In this document: positions 39,367 through 41,315 of the stretch, in pieces
How positions within the stretch are numbered: position 1 is the stretch's first letter
Layout of the letters: each line of letters opens with the position of its first letter
DNA from: Eubacterium sp.
Lineage (GTDB): Bacteria > Bacillota > Clostridia > Oscillospirales > Acutalibacteraceae
Length of the DNA: 41,315 nucleotides
NCBI GenBank assembly: GCA_029050995.1
Contig: JAIDLO010000169.1
Location: 1-41,315, forward strand
Direction: 5' to 3'
The notes under the pieces: generated by a model
Database searches by the model: none
What the model saw: the letters and a program-made list of their open reading frames with translations, nothing else
Told to the model about the DNA's origin: nothing
Translations under genes and position numbers: made by a program

Positions 39367-40097
39367 GAAATCTTTTAGTTGAAATCAGCTATGATGGTTC
39401 AAATTACCATGGCTGGCAGGTGCAGAAAAATGCGTTAACCGTGCAGGAGGTTTTTCAGAATGCCGTTGAAAAGGTATTTTGTGAAAGAATAGATATTAAA
39501 GGCTGCAGCAGAACAGACAGCGGTGTTCACGCAAATTCATATTTTGTAAATTTTAAAACAGATAAAACGATTCCGGCTGATAAGGTTGTTATGGCGCTGA
39601 ATACCTATCTTCCAAAGGATGTTGCCGTTCTCTCCTGCAAGGAGGTTTTTGAAGATTTCCATGCAAGATACAGCGTTCAGTCCAAGGAATATGTCTATAA
39701 GCTTTATAACGGAAAAATAAGGAATCCGTTTTATAATAATTATGCGTTTCATTATAGATATCCTATTAATGTGGATTATCTGAATGAACAGGCAAAGGCT
39801 TTTATCGGAACATATGATTTCAGTGGCTTTTGCTCTTCCAATTCGGATGTTGAAGACACTGTAAGAACAGTTAAAAACTTTGAAGTTTCCCGAGACGGGG
39901 ATATGGTTTATTTTACGGTTGAAGCAGACGGCTTTCTTTATAATATGGTTCGCATAATGGTTGGTACGCTTATTTTTATAAATGAGGGTAAAATAAAAGC
40001 AAATGAATTAAAAGAAATTATTGAAAGTAAAAATCGTAAAAGAGCAGGTAAAACCGCTCCGCCGCAGGGGCTTTATCTTAATCGAGTTAATTATTAA
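39363..40097 (+). CDS. truA: tRNA pseudouridine(38-40) synthase
   Basis: YDGSNYHGWQ, SRTDSGVHA, FHARY, FLYNMVRIMVG, APPQGLYL; usual position after ecfT. Confidence 0.96.
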   Translation: MRNLLVEISYDGSNYHGWQVQKNALTVQEVFQNAVEKVFCERIDIKGCSRTDSGVHANSYFVNFKTDKTIPADKVVMALNTYLPKDVAVLSCKEVFEDFHARYSVQSKEYVYKLYNGKIRNPFYNNYAFHYRYPINVDYLNEQAKAFIGTYDFSGFCSSNSDVEDTVRTVKNFEVSRDGDMVYFTVEADGFLYNMVRIMVGTLIFINEGKIKANELKEIIESKNRKRAGKTAPPQGLYLNRVNY

Positions 40098-40113
40098 AAG
40101 GATTTGAAAATTT

Positions 40114-41292
40114 ATGCCATCTAATCAACGCAAAAATGAACGCATTGCAAGAAAAAATGCGAAAACGAAAAAAAAGTTAAAATTTTTATGGATACTGGTT
40201 ATTCTGATTGTTGCAATAATCATTGTTCTCAAGGTGTGTGAAATTGATTTTTCGAAGCTTTTCAGTTCAGACAATGAAAGTAAGAACAGCTATTCAGCTT
40301 CGGTTGAGGAACAAGAGGGATTTCCGTATAAAATTGATGCAGGGGATCATACAGTGCTTTCTGTTGTCGGTAATGAGCTTGCCGTTTTAAACAGCGCAAG
40401 CTATGCTGTTGTTGATTCTGACGATGCAGAAGAATACATCCATGATGATCATGGATATGCAAATCCTATTCTTAAAACAAGCGGCGGCTATTCTCTTATC
40501 TTTGATCAGGGCTCAACCTCTTACAGGCTTGATACCCGAAAAGATAATATATATGAAAATTCTACCGAAGGGGAGATACTCTGTGCAGATGTTTCCGACA
40601 CAGGTTCTATTGCTGTTGCAACAGTTTCGGGAACGCAGAAGAGCAGGGTACAGGTATTTTCCAAATCCTTCAGCGAAAAGATGAATTATGAAATAAGAGG
40701 CGGTTATATAACCTCTATTGCAATTGATGACAGCGGTAAAAAAATTGCCTTTGTTGTAATGAATTCCGAAAACGCATCCATAAAATCAACGCTTTATACA
40801 ATGCGCGTTCGTGATGCTGAACCGAAAGCGCATATAGATTATAAAGGTTCTTCCGTGCTAGATATTCATTTCGCATCAAGTGCAATTTATGTTGTCGGCA
40901 ACGATTTTGTAAGTGTTGTTACCTCGCTTCAAAAGGAAACCAAGGTTTTGGAGCAGGGCAATATAAACACATTGGCATATTGCTATAATCCTGCGGATTA
41001 TTTAATTCTTGCATATTCCGATTATGCAGGCGCAGTAAACAGTAAGCTTGCCTATATTAAGCCAAACGGCACGGTTAAAACAACCGTTGAGGTGCAGGCT
41101 GAAATAAAGGATGTTACGGCATCCGGCAATGAAATGACGGCATTAACAAGTAATGAGGCTGTTTCTTATAGAGTGAGCAACGGAAATGAAGAAGATTATA
41201 TTAAGCTGGATGATTCGTATACGAATATTCAGCAGATTTCTTCAACACTATATGCCAAGCATCGCTCTTATCTTGAAATAATTAATGATTGA
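40114..41292 (+). CDS. Membrane-anchored extracellular protein, DUF5711-like (probable beta-propeller)
   Basis: Basic N-terminus, single TM helix, repeated beta-strand-like segments (ILCADVSDTGSIAVAT, ITSIAIDDSGKKIAFV). The family assignment is from memory only. Confidence 0.55.
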   Translation: MPSNQRKNERIARKNAKTKKKLKFLWILVILIVAIIIVLKVCEIDFSKLFSSDNESKNSYSASVEEQEGFPYKIDAGDHTVLSVVGNELAVLNSASYAVVDSDDAEEYIHDDHGYANPILKTSGGYSLIFDQGSTSYRLDTRKDNIYENSTEGEILCADVSDTGSIAVATVSGTQKSRVQVFSKSFSEKMNYEIRGGYITSIAIDDSGKKIAFVVMNSENASIKSTLYTMRVRDAEPKAHIDYKGSSVLDIHFASSAIYVVGNDFVSVVTSLQKETKVLEQGNINTLAYCYNPADYLILAYSDYAGAVNSKLAYIKPNGTVKTTVEVQAEIKDVTASGNEMTALTSNEAVSYRVSNGNEEDYIKLDDSYTNIQQISSTLYAKHRSYLEIIND

Positions 41293-41301
41293 GGTTAAAG
41301 T

Positions 41302-41315
41302 ATGAATTTTGTTGA
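41302..41315 (+). CDS. Possible start of the next gene, truncated by the window end
   Basis: GAGG RBS followed by ATG AAT TTT GTT GA. Confidence 0.35.

Noticed and set aside
34616-40097. glmM without cdaA/cdaR, and an ECF module without an S-component
   Set aside because: Both are common arrangements; ecfA1-ecfA2-ecfT-truA is the standard shared group II ECF module.

Overview
Chromosomal window from a low-GC, spore-forming anaerobic Firmicute (Clostridia-like, inferred from sigG, hydE/hydF, a class B sortase and the ECF-truA cluster). Left arm: the 3' part of uvrA, then hydE and hydF, converging on a stand-alone sigG. Centre (about 4.7-30.8 kb): a three-gene surface locus transcribed divergently from sigG. 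It encodes a giant secreted, probably sortase-anchored protein of about 7,910 aa (signal peptide, about 5 N-terminal ~200-aa repeats, scattered DUF11/isopeptide-pilin-like motifs, an aromatic-rich core, 13 enlarged SdrD-B-like repeats and a non-canonical KVNTG sorting signal), an orphan membrane-anchored family-5 solute-binding-like protein, and a class B sortase. Right arm: a CDF transporter and the housekeeping run ruvC-ruvA-ruvB-glmM-methyltransferase-ecfA1-ecfA2-ecfT-truA-DUF5711-like. A ~276-bp structured MITE-like element with 20-bp terminal inverted repeats sits at the ruvC/ruvA junction, and its empty site can be reconstructed. No rRNA, tRNA, CRISPR array, integrase or transposase was seen. 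All calls are from reading the sequence by eye; no database searches were run.
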